This document shows, one piece after another, positions 54,501-64,000 of a stretch of DNA of 64,000 nucleotides (positions are counted from its first letter, which is position 1; every line of letters begins with the position of its first letter). The DNA lies in assembly GCF_001447785.1 (NCBI RefSeq), contig NW_015164214.1, positions 1-64,000 of the forward strand. Direction: 5' to 3'. The notes under the pieces are model-generated. The model worked only from the letters and a program-made list of their open reading frames with translations, had not been told where the DNA came from and did no database searches. Origin of the DNA: Gekko japonicus (Eukaryota). The translations under genes and the position numbers were made by a program.

Positions 54501-57500
54501 TACTTACCCTTAGCCGATCTGCTAAAAGTTTCCCAGGTTTGCCACAGATGGCACGGACTTTCGTGAGTGATTTTTAAGACAGACCTTTTTTTTTTTTTAA
54601 GGGATAGTTTTGCTTTTCGCTGGCTGTTGAATGGTTTGGGTCTTGTCTTGGCACGTGCTTGGGTTGTATGACGTTACATCGGACCAGGACTATAAAAGCA
54701 CAAAAACAGAGGTTTTAGTTATCGCTTGTGACATTTATTTATTCATTTGATTTATACCCCACCCTTCCTGCTAAGGCAGGCTCAGGTCCTACATAGTGGT
54801 TTGTTCGGTTTGTAATTAGAGATACACGAGGAGCTGTTCTGGAGTACCTTAATGTTCTCGATCACACCAGTGTTCTGCCTTGTCCAGTATCCAGTTGCCC
54901 TAGGAGGGCTAGCACACAGGCGGTAGAGCCAAAATGTCCCTTCGATGTTGCTTCCTAGAACTGGTATTCCCTTGATAAGCATATGGAGCAGAGGTCCATC
55001 AGTGGCTATTAGCCACAAGTATACATAGGGGCTCTGGGGCAAGTGATGCTCTGTCTTCTTGGTGCTTGGGGGGGGGTCAACAGTGGGAGGGCTTCTAATG
55101 TCCTGGCCCCACTGGGGGACCTCCTGATGGCCCCTGGTATTTCTGGCCACTGTGTGAGAGAGTGTTGGACTGGATGGGCCTTTGGCCTGATCCAACATTG
55201 GCGTCTCTTATGTTCTTATGTTAGCAGCCTTTGGACATCGCACTTTCCTCCGCTCAGCTTAGCTAGTGGCTGTCCTCTATGAATCTGTCTAAACTCTTTT
55301 TAAAGCCATCTGTGTTACTGGCTAACACTACATCTGCACAAATCGATCTTTATAGAGTGATGGATCACAAGGATAAGACAGCAGTCAGGTATGAAGGGGA
55401 GAAGCAGCAGCGTCTGGCAGAAGAGAAGCTCCAAGCAGTGTATGAGGGATGTCACAGGAACTATCCAATAAGTACCCATGATGTGCAACTGCCTAAGTGG
55501 CTGGTGTCATAAGAACATAAGAGGAGCCCTGCCGGATCAGACCGGTGGTCCATCTAGTCCAGCATCCCGTCTCACACAACGGCCAACCAGTTCTTCTGGA
55601 CGGCCACCAACAGGGCATGGAGCTGAGACCTTTCTCTGATGTTGCCTTTTGGCTCTGGGATTCAGAGGACTAGTGCCTCTGAATGTGCAGGTTCCCACAT
55701 TCCCACAGCACGTCACCTATCTCGATGTGTCAGATGAGTTGCATTTCCTGCGCCAGCATCTGTTTAGCCAGGCTTTATATTTTGTGATCCCCTTCCCCCC
55801 CCCTCCCCTGCAAGTTTTTTTTTAACATATTTAAATAATTGTGCTCTGGCTCTTCAAGGTCTCTGCTTATTCTAAACCATTACCAATGGCCATTATTTTA
55901 ATGCCGGTTTTATTTTATGCTGTTTTATATCCGTGTAATGCGGCTGTTATTTAAGGCTACTGAACATCTTTCTATTATCGCGGCTCTTTTGGCGGGAGTT
56001 GTTGTATTACATAATTATTTTATGCTGGTGTTTTTAACCATTTTTCATTGTGAGATCCCTTTGGTGGAGGAAATGGGATAGCGGCGGTTAAAGACACACG
56101 AAGTGTCCTCATATTGAATCAGACCCTTGTTCCATCAAGACCACTATTGCCTTCTTGGACTGGCAGCAGCTCTCCAGGGCCTCAAGCAGATGTCTTCCCC
56201 ATCAACTATACCTGCTCCTTTTAACTGGAGGTGCCCGGGTTTGAACCTGGGGCCTTTTGAATGCCAAGCCATATGCTCTGCAGCTGAGCCACAGCCACTT
56301 GCTAAGTAAATCAGGGTTCTGATCTATCCCTCTCGGTCATCTCTGCTCCTCAAGCTCTACCATACCCAGCTGCTCCCTCACATGACTCCACCTGTTCTTT
56401 CTTCCTGCCTCTTACTCCTTGAACTCAGTCCCCGTTCTATTCTCTCTTCCTGCACAACCCCCCTGCAAGACATATTTCTTTGCTGTGAAGCCTTGAGCTC
56501 CACCCCTTACTCCTCACCTCCAGCCAAAACAGTACTTGCATTAGGTACCTGTGACCACATCCGTGCATGTCTGCCCTGTTCCTTTGGCTTCCCTCCCCCT
56601 CCTTCTGATGTCTCCATTTGTTGGAATGGAGAGTGTGAACTCCGTGGGTCTGGGGCCTTCTTTTTGCTTATTGTGTTGTATAGCATCATGTGTATGGTTG
56701 CTGGAATATAATTAGACACCTGAGGAATCGTGGGGCGGAGGAGATGTTAGGGCAGAGGGAATCCCCCTGAGGAATCGTGGGGCGGAGGAGATGTAGGGCA
56801 GAGGGAATCCTCCTGCTTGCTGTCACCTCCCCCCACTACCATTTCCTCTCCCGCTCCCCCAGTTGCCACTGCCTAATGCGAGCCAGTTTGGTGTAGTGGT
56901 TAAGTGCACGGATTCTGATCTGGGAGAACCGGGTTTGATTCCCCACTCCTCCACTTGCAGCTGCTGGATGACCTTGGGTCAGTCACAGTTCTCTCAGAGC
57001 TCTCTCAGCCCCACCCACCTCACAGGGTGTCTGTTGTGGGGAGGGGAAGGGAAAGGAGTTTGTAAGCTGCTCTGAGACTCCGAGTGAAAGGCGGGGTATA
57101 AATCCAATCTCTTCTTCTGCCCCCGACTCACTATGAACTGCTCTGTCCTCCTTTCCCCCCCTCATCTGCTGCATCTGAGACCTCACTCTGAACTTCGGCC
57201 AGGGTTTTTTCAAGACTGGGACAAACTTTTCGGGGTGTTTTTTAAAAAAGAAAAGAAAAGAAAAGCTCCAAAATTACAATTTTTAAAATAAGGTTTGATT
57301 TTTCTGCATACCTGCAGTGATGGTCCTCGTGGCCTATTGCACTGGGGCTAGCCTTTCACAATTAGTGATAGCGATAATAATATGTGGCATGTCCCCTCGT
57401 CTAAAGAACAGAGTTTGAATGCAGCAGCCCTTTTAAGACCAACAAAGTTCAATTCTGAATATAAGCTTATTTGAAGAAGTGTGCATGTACAGGAAAGGTT

Positions 57501-60500
57501 ATACCCAGAATTAAACTTCGTTGGGCTTAAAGGTACCACTGGACTCAAACTTTGTTCTGTTGCTTCAGACCAACATGGCTACCCACCTGAATCTACCCAT
57601 CTAAACTCACTTTTTAATGTGCATTTCTTCTTTTAAATGTTGATGTGATTGGAGCCCCCCAATACTCCAGCTAGGGAGCTTTGGCCAAATTGTGGGGAGA
57701 GCCCTGTGCCGGTATGATCTGCTTTGATCAAAACTTAGAAACCGTAAGATTTTTAGCATGATTCAGGAATCTTTTATCAGAGCCGGATAAATCAAGGTAT
57801 CATTTCTCGTTAATCCGTAAGTTTGTTTGCTAACTAGTAAACTAATTTTCTTTCTTTAGAATGGATGAATCACTCTGGAAATCTCTCGATCTCGCAGGGA
57901 AAAATTTGCTGCCAGGAGTGATCGGTCAGTTGCTGCCCTTGGGCATCACTGCCTTCCGTTGTCCCAGGTCCTGCATCGGGAATCCTTTGTTTAAAACAAC
58001 CAGGTATTGCCGTTCCGAGAGCAAAGATTCCCGTTTAAATTTTTCTTGCTGAACATTTAGATTTCTTCTCCCTCTGAATCCTCATCTCTTTTCCAAAGGC
58101 AGTAAAGGGCCCCAGTCTGCTGGACCAAAGGGAGTTTTTGGAGAATTGACATACAGAGCAAGTGTATTGAGTTTGGAGGGGGGGAAACTGGTTCAGATTT
58201 CTGCTGACCTACAAGGCTCACTCAGTCTAGCCCACCTTTAGCTCACTTAATATTGAGAACTGTGATAATAATAATGAAGTGCCATCAAGTTGTAACTGAC
58301 TTGTGGTAACTGCTCATGGGGTTTCAACGCAAGAGAGGAGCAGGGTTGGTTTGTCATTGCCTTCCCTCTGTGAAGCAACCCTTGTCTTCCTTGGTGGACT
58401 CCCACTCAAGTGCTAAACATAGCCCACCCTGCTTAATTGCCAAGATGTGACAAGCTTGACTAGTTTCTTTTTTAGAAGTATGTTTGAAGCAGCTTAGCAT
58501 GTTCATAGATCTCACAGGTGCATCCTGTTCTTGAATGACTCAGAACTAAGCTGGGTTGCTTGGCTGATACGGAAACTTTTTTAAAAGGTCATATTCTGCT
58601 CATTGTTTTTGTCTTTCATAATTTTGTTTGGCCTGTTTTCAGACTTCTTCATGTGCAACACATGGATCTGTCCAGTTGTACAATCCAAGTTGGAGACCTC
58701 CAGAGCATTCTTGATCGGTGTCAGAGCCTACAGAATCTCAGCTTGGAAGGGCTCAAACTTTCCAGTGACATAGTTAGGTGAGTGAGCAAAGCATTGCTGT
58801 GAAAGGAACAATTTCTGGATGAGCAGCCCTTGTTAAATTGGGGCTTCTGAGACATTGCAAAAGTTGACATACCTGACATTGGAAAGAAGGCTAATCTTTT
58901 ACAAGAGTTTTACCCACAATCCATGGGATCTATTTTTTAATAACAAATTAGAGCTACAGGGTTTATCAGTTGGTTGGGTTAATTCGCTATAAAGCTTTAG
59001 GTTAACGATTTATTAAAAATATTTGTGTTCCACCTTTCCGCTACTGTTCAGAAACGAAGCAGTGATCCTGAAGGTAACATAGGTGGGTTTTTTTGAAAAA
59101 AATAGTTAATTGGTTTGAATAGAAACATTGGAGGGAAAGGAAGCGTTAATGGCAGGCAGCATTTTAGAAGAGATGTGCTGTGGTGACGGGTTGAACTACA
59201 ACTGGAAAGACTTGAATTCAAATCCTTACACTGCCATGAAGATCACTAGGTGACTTTGAACCGGTCACTCTCAGGGTTGTTTTGAGACTAAAATGGGGAG
59301 GGGAGAGCCAGTTTGGTGTAGTTGCTAGGAGCGCAGACTCTAATCTGAGAGAACCGGGTTTGATTCCCTTTCTGCTTTTAAAGCACTCAAGGCAGCATGT
59401 CTAAAAGAGATTACAATAAACACACACAAAAATAGCATCATTATAACGAACAGTGGTACAGCTCCATAAAAAGCAGTGGCAGCAGAACGTATCGAGCCCT
59501 AAAGATGTGACTCAGAATAAACTGATGAGCAAGGGATCCAGCCACTGGATTCATAAAACTTTTACCATACTCTGGATAATCAGCCTATTTTTCAGAATTA
59601 CAGCAGCAAGGCTCTTGGAGCAAATTCCCGCCCACACATTCTTCGCCTTAGCCAGGCTCCATCTTCTCCTGTTTTTAGGGAAAAAATGTAAGGCATCTTT
59701 GGAGGGCACTGCCAATGTTACCGCTGTTGGACTTTTTAAAGGAATGGGTGTTTTTACGCTTGCCACATATTTAATTCTTCAAATTTGTGGTCTTGTTCAG
59801 TGGGTTCATTGTCTTACCGATGCTCTCATACTTTTGGGAACGGCACTAGTTCCTTCGGGGGAAAGGCGGAATGCAAATGTTTGAAGTAGTAGAGGGCTAC
59901 GGCTATTAACAGCTGTGTCTGCAAAAGGCACGATGCTTTCCCAGTGGAAACGTGTCCACAAAAGCACCGTCAACAGCACTGTAGTTTAATCAATGAATTA
60001 TTACACTGCCAGTCATGATGCAGTTAGTTATTTAAATGGCTCTGCATTTTTGCATATCTAGTTATGAAGCTGGCTTATACCTTAATGTCATTGATCTCTT
60101 AGCCTGATGCTTGAATGCCCTTTCAGTAGTCTGCTATTGTGGCAGGGTAGTTGCCACCTAAAAATTCCACCTACCTTGAGTAGGTTTTTCGAAGGCCTTC
60201 CATATTTGATTGTGTGTGCGTGTAGAGCAAGTCCCCAGCTCTCCTTCAGGGTCACTGATGCTGGCATGGAAGCTTAACTGTGCCTTCCTAAGCAGATAAG
60301 CCCATTGACTTCAGTGGATTTAGAAGGGTGTGAACTCTGCTAAGGATGGCATTCATGTATGATCACACAGGTTAATGTGCAATGTTTGTTTTCACTTTCA
60401 GAAAAATAGCACAGAACCCCAGTTTGCTGCGATTAAACCTCTCTGGATGTTCTGGATTCTCTACAGAACGAAGGCCTTCCATATTTGATTGTGTGTGTGT

Positions 60501-62483
60501 GTAGAGCAAGACCCATCAGGGTCACTGATGCTGGCATGGAAACTTAACTGTGCCTTCCTAAGCAGATAAGCCCATTGACTTCAGTGGATTTAGAAGGGTG
60601 TGAACTCTGCTAAGGATGGCATTCATGTATGATCACACAGGTTAATGTGCAATGTTTGTTTTCACTTTCAGAAAAATAGCACAGAACCCCAGTTTGCTGC
60701 GATTAAACCTCTCTGGATGTTCTGGATTCTCTACAGAATTCCTTGGGAGGTGGTGGGCTCTCCTCCTTTGGAGGTTTTCAAACAGAGGCTAGATGGACAT
60801 CTGCTGATCCTGTGAACTTGGGCAGATCATGCGAGGAAGGGCAGGGAGGGTTGCAGCAGTGCTTAGTTCTTGGGGTCCTTTCTTAACATGCCCAGGGAAA
60901 TGCTGATCACCACTTTGGGGACCAGGAAGCAATTTTTCTCCAGGCCAGTTTGGCCAGGGATCCCTGGAAGTGTTTTGCCATCTTCTGGGCATGGAAACGG
61001 GGTCACTGGGGGGTTAGGTATTTGTGAATTTCCTGCCTTGTGTGGGGGTTGGACTAGATGACCCTGGAGGTCCCTTCCAACTCTGTGATTCTATAGCATG
61101 GATGCACTGCTGGATTCAATGGCAGAAGTTTTAACCGCAAGTCATAGATGCATGCATGTGAAGTGCATACAGCTTTATTTTCTGTATTCATGCAAATGCT
61201 AGTTAGGATCCTAGCTGATGTTTAAGTCATTGGTATGAAAATGGAAACCAATCCATCCCACTGTTCACTTTATTGGCCCTGATCCATCCCATGTTCTCCA
61301 GGTGTTTGGTCAGGATCTCTGCAGACCCATGCAGTATATATTAGTTGGTACATTTGAGCATGACTGCTTGCTAATGAGATGTTAACTTGGACACTTAATC
61401 TGGTTAGTACTTGACTAGGACAATTAGGTCACTTTTCTGCCCATGAACACTCCACACATGAGTCGATACAAACCACTTCAGTACAATTAGGGTAAGTTAG
61501 GCTTTGACACTGGGGATAGCTAGAGGAATGTCATAGCTGTTATTTCTGTTTTAAATGGTTGTCAAATGGAATGTTTGGATTTTTATAATGAATTTTGTTT
61601 TCAACTGGCGCATAGGCTTGAAGAGCTGAATTTGGCTTGGTGCGACTTTACTGTCGATCATGTAAGAACAGCGGTCAGCCATATTCCTTCCACTGTCCTA
61701 CAGCTAAACCTTAGTGGATACAGACAGAATTTACTGATGTCAGGTGAGAAGCACGTTTTGGCTTGAAATATCTAGCTCAAGTAACCTGCCACCCATCATG
61801 GAGTGACTGCATTGACTTGTGGGAATGAAAAGCTGCTCCAAATTTGGGGTTGGGGGAGGGGTTCAGAACCACTTGCATTTCTGGGATTACATTTTGCATT
61901 GCAGTCTCTGCTACAACACTGCCTCACCCAGCTTTTGAGAAACTTATCTAAAGTACTTTGCAGGCAGGAGAGATGCGTGTACAAGTTTGCCCCAGCTGCA
62001 GTCATGCAACAGTGTAGCGCCAGTGTGGTGTGGTGTTGGACTAGGATCTGTTTAAGTGCTGGACTAGGATCTGTTTAAGGCTGTAGTTGCATGCACATTT
62101 ACTTGAGAGTAAAGCTTCATTAAACTCAGTGCAGCTTCCAAGGAAGTATGCATAAATTGCATTGTAAATCAAGTAATCCCATCTCAGTGTCTTCTGGTAA
62201 TCATACTGGAAGTGAAGTTGTAGGAAATCTATACTTCCTGAGCACAACAAACTATTTTAAATTGAAGAATGTGGCCCAAAGGAAGGCTTAACTTAATACT
62301 AAAAATGACTAAATGGAGGTGGGTTTGTGTTCAGCTGAGTCATTTCCTGACATTTCTGTATTTCTTGTGAGAAGCTTATAGCCCTTATTGATGTGTGTGG
62401 CTGGCTTACTGACCTTGCCTTCTTGTTTCAGATGTTAAAACATTACTAGAGAGGTGTCGCAATCTAGTACATTTAGATTTAAG
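51518..62483 (+). CDS. SKP2: SKP2 (S-phase kinase-associated protein 2, F-box/LRR), exons 1-8, 3'-partial; exon 6 structurally altered
   Basis: join: 51518-51525, 53167-53417, 54451-54562, 57860-58003, 58643-58777, [60672-60738 plus uncertain end], 61616-61743, 62432-62483. It has an N-terminal RxxL D-box, the F-box [13 protein letters not shown] and LRRs. The head-to-head arrangement with LMBRD2 matches other vertebrates. Confidence 0.95.
52301..52646 (+). mobile_element. Sauria SINE, near full length (SKP2 intron 1)
   Basis: Same sequence family; ACCTTT tail. Confidence 0.92.
53167..53417 (+). CDS. SKP2: SKP2 exon 2
   Basis: [36 protein letters not shown]...ENTPQELL...[28 protein letters not shown]; 251 nt. 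Confidence 0.95.
54451..54562 (+). CDS. SKP2: SKP2 exon 3 (F-box)
   Basis: (G)[36 protein letters not shown](S); 112 nt. Confidence 0.96.
54870..55221 (+). mobile_element. CR1 3' UTR fragments (composite)
   Basis: Reverse complement of the 3481-3730 sequence ending CTTATGTTCTTATGT, preceded by a piece of a second CR1 3' UTR. Confidence 0.85.
55508..55697 (-). mobile_element. CR1 3' UTR fragment
   Basis: CATAAGAACATAAGA tail; same family as the 18773 copy. Confidence 0.85.
57860..58003 (+). CDS. SKP2: SKP2 exon 4
   Basis: [47 protein letters not shown](R); 144 nt. Confidence 0.95.
58643..58777 (+). CDS. SKP2: SKP2 exon 5 (LRR)
   Basis: [44 protein letters not shown](R); 135 nt. Confidence 0.95.
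60402..60468 (+). pseudogene. SKP2: SKP2 exon 6, truncated copy 1 (acceptor plus 67 nt)
   Basis: [22 protein letters not shown] then reads into the duplicated intron ([11 protein letters not shown]); no strong donor. Confidence 0.85.
60672..60738 (+). CDS. SKP2: SKP2 exon 6, truncated copy 2 fused to CR1; candidate ends 60749, 60752 or 60773
   Basis: Identical 67 nt followed directly by CR1 sequence; the native ~32 nt 3' part and donor were not found. Confidence 0.7.
60739..61095 (+). mobile_element. 5'-truncated CR1 inserted at SKP2 exon 6
   Basis: Colinear with the reverse complement of 40107-40485; ends CCTTCCAACTCTGTGATTCTAT. Confidence 0.93.
61616..61743 (+). CDS. SKP2: SKP2 exon 7 (LRR)
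   Basis: [42 protein letters not shown]; 128 nt; donor CAG|GTGAG. Confidence 0.95.
62432..62483 (+). CDS. SKP2: SKP2 exon 8
   Basis: (D)[16 protein letters not shown](S); 52 nt; AG/GTAAG. Confidence 0.95.
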
Positions 62484-62653
62484 GTAAGAGAATTTGAATC
62501 TTACTGAAATGTGTCTTGTTGTTGGGAACCTGCTGAGGAGTAAATAAAAACCAGTAATGCAACTTCCAGAAAAAAGCAACATGTTTCAAATATTGGCCAG
62601 AGCACCAGGAGATATAAATGCTTGGTCCCACTTGCTCTTTCAAGGCAGGAGAT

Positions 62654-62994
62654 CAGGCATCCCCAACGTGGCTCCCACCAACACATTTCCTGGTGCCCAC
62701 AAAGTGCTGGGGGGGGTGTCTCCTGCCCAGCAGGGCTTGATTGGCCACTGGAGATTTGACTAGCTGTGAAGATCCAGATAACCTTGTTTCAGTAGCAGCT
62801 GGCACCACAGTGCTGGTTTGATCCCCTTACTTTTCCCCAGAGTATTTCCAAAAAGTTGCTCCTCTTGTCCCTTGCAGTGGGGCTTTTCCTGTGTGTGGCT
62901 TTGCCTCGTTTGGTGGCCATTATGTGGTTTCACCCACCATCCTATGTCTGAACTCTAAAGCTGCTCACAGGCTCCAAAAGGTTGGGGACCTTTG
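62654..62994. mobile_element. Older hAT MITE
   Basis: CAGGCATCCCCAAC / GTTGGGGACCTTTG termini; TSD 6 of 8 match. Confidence 0.65.
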
Positions 62995-63015
62995 CAGTAG
63001 ACTACAGGTTCTGGC

Positions 63016-63069
63016 GTTGTTGTTGTTGTTCAGTCGCACAGTCGAGTCCGACTCTTCGCGACCCCATGG
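63016..63069 (-). mobile_element. BovB 3' tail fragment
   Basis: (GTT)n-CAGTCGCACAGTCGAGTCCGACTCTTCGCGACCCCATGG. Confidence 0.8.
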
Positions 63070-64000
63070 CCTAGTACAGGGGAAGATTCCAGTACAGTAT
63101 TGCACCAATCATAGTTGAAAATAAGGGATTTTTACAATCGAGCAGAGCCAAGAGTTGTTGCTTTCTCTTGCATAGTCACAAACTAATCCTATCTGAACTA
63201 GCAAAATGCTGGTGGAACGTGTGCTTGTATAGTGCAGAGCCACATCTGACATGATGACTTGACTGGAGAGAGGTTTTATCCTGCTTTCAGCTGTATCCCA
63301 GATTGCAGCTGGCATACTTTGTGAGAGTGCATCTGCAGGCCCTCATATAATGGTGCAGAGGAAAAAATCATAGAGTTAGGGAAAGCAAAAATCACACCGA
63401 TCCTTTTTCCTGGGAAGGCCATGTTTTTGCAGGCTTGCACTAATAGTCCGTTAGTCAAGTATAACAGATGCATTTCCCTTTAGCAGCTGATCTGTCTCCT
63501 TAGAGGAAAAGATCATACTCTGACCCTTGAATTCCCAGCCGTATAGCAGACGCAGTAACTAAAACAGTTGGACTTGAGAGTCCGGCATGCCAATCCCACA
63601 TCACTTCCAGTGACTTTATTTGGATGCTGGCAATAAAGAGAATTAGCTCTCTGCTTCAATTCAGAAAACAGTAACAATCTATTGTTCCACTTGTGTTAAA
63701 GCTCTTTGTGTACTTCAGGTGTGGAAAAATAGACCTTTTGCCCTGTTAACAGGATAACTGGGGAAGCCACTAGTGGTACAAGGAGGAAGGAAACAAAAAT
63801 GAATTCTAGCTGCTGTTTCTTCTTTTCTGTGCTAGACGGTTCTGTTAAGCAGGGCAGCTTAAAGGCAAGAGTTTCAAGTAGGCAGGGAAAATAAGTCCTG
63901 CTCAGACCTAAGCAACTGTTTTCTTGCTTCTCCTTAATACCAAAGCCTATTTCTAGCTTCTCTCAGAAATTAGGGCAAAGACCAGCATAGCAGTACACAA

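Larger units (their letters stand above)
60190..60738. repeat. Tandem duplication (279 + 270 bp) of SKP2 intron 5 end plus 5' exon 6
   Basis: 60190-60468 vs 60469-60738; a 9-bp indel and a few substitutions, all in the intronic part. Confidence 0.95.

Noticed and set aside
61096-61305. Possible displaced 3' end of SKP2 exon 6 after the CR1 (e.g. [11 protein letters not shown], or ALIHPMFSR|gtgttt near 61276-61301)
   Set aside because: No convincing similarity to the expected AL..(L/M)LSSCS segment, and no matching acceptor/donor pair.

Overview
Vertebrate genomic DNA. The Sauria SINE, BovB/RTE, CR1 and 5S/tRNA-SINE content points to a squamate reptile, probably a gecko (inference). Two genes sit head-to-head on a shared CpG-island promoter (~50.2-51.65 kb). 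LMBRD2 is on the minus strand: 17 coding exons from 44329 to 14359 give an intact 2082-nt CDS (693 aa), with a probable non-coding exon 1 ending at 50905 and a ~5.8 kb 3' UTR. SKP2 is on the plus strand: exons 1-8 run from 51518 to 62483 and the gene continues past the window. Introns are dense in LINEs, SINEs, hAT/Harbinger MITEs and Penelope-type palindromic remnants. Main anomalies: (1) SKP2 exon 6 is tandemly duplicated, lacks its native 3' third and donor, and is fused to a CR1 fragment that offers three in-frame cryptic donors. (2) An apparently intact minimal hammerhead ribozyme lies on the sense strand of LMBRD2 intron 2, with several decayed relatives elsewhere. (3) The first coding exon of LMBRD2 is partially duplicated, creating a decoy donor. 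(4) One MITE family shows both 5-bp and 8-bp target-site duplications (TSDs). (5) A fold-back array of a 157-bp repeat lies at 1.0-1.9 kb. Exon boundaries were read by eye from splice signals and recalled orthologue sequences. Repeat boundaries are approximate and no searches were run.
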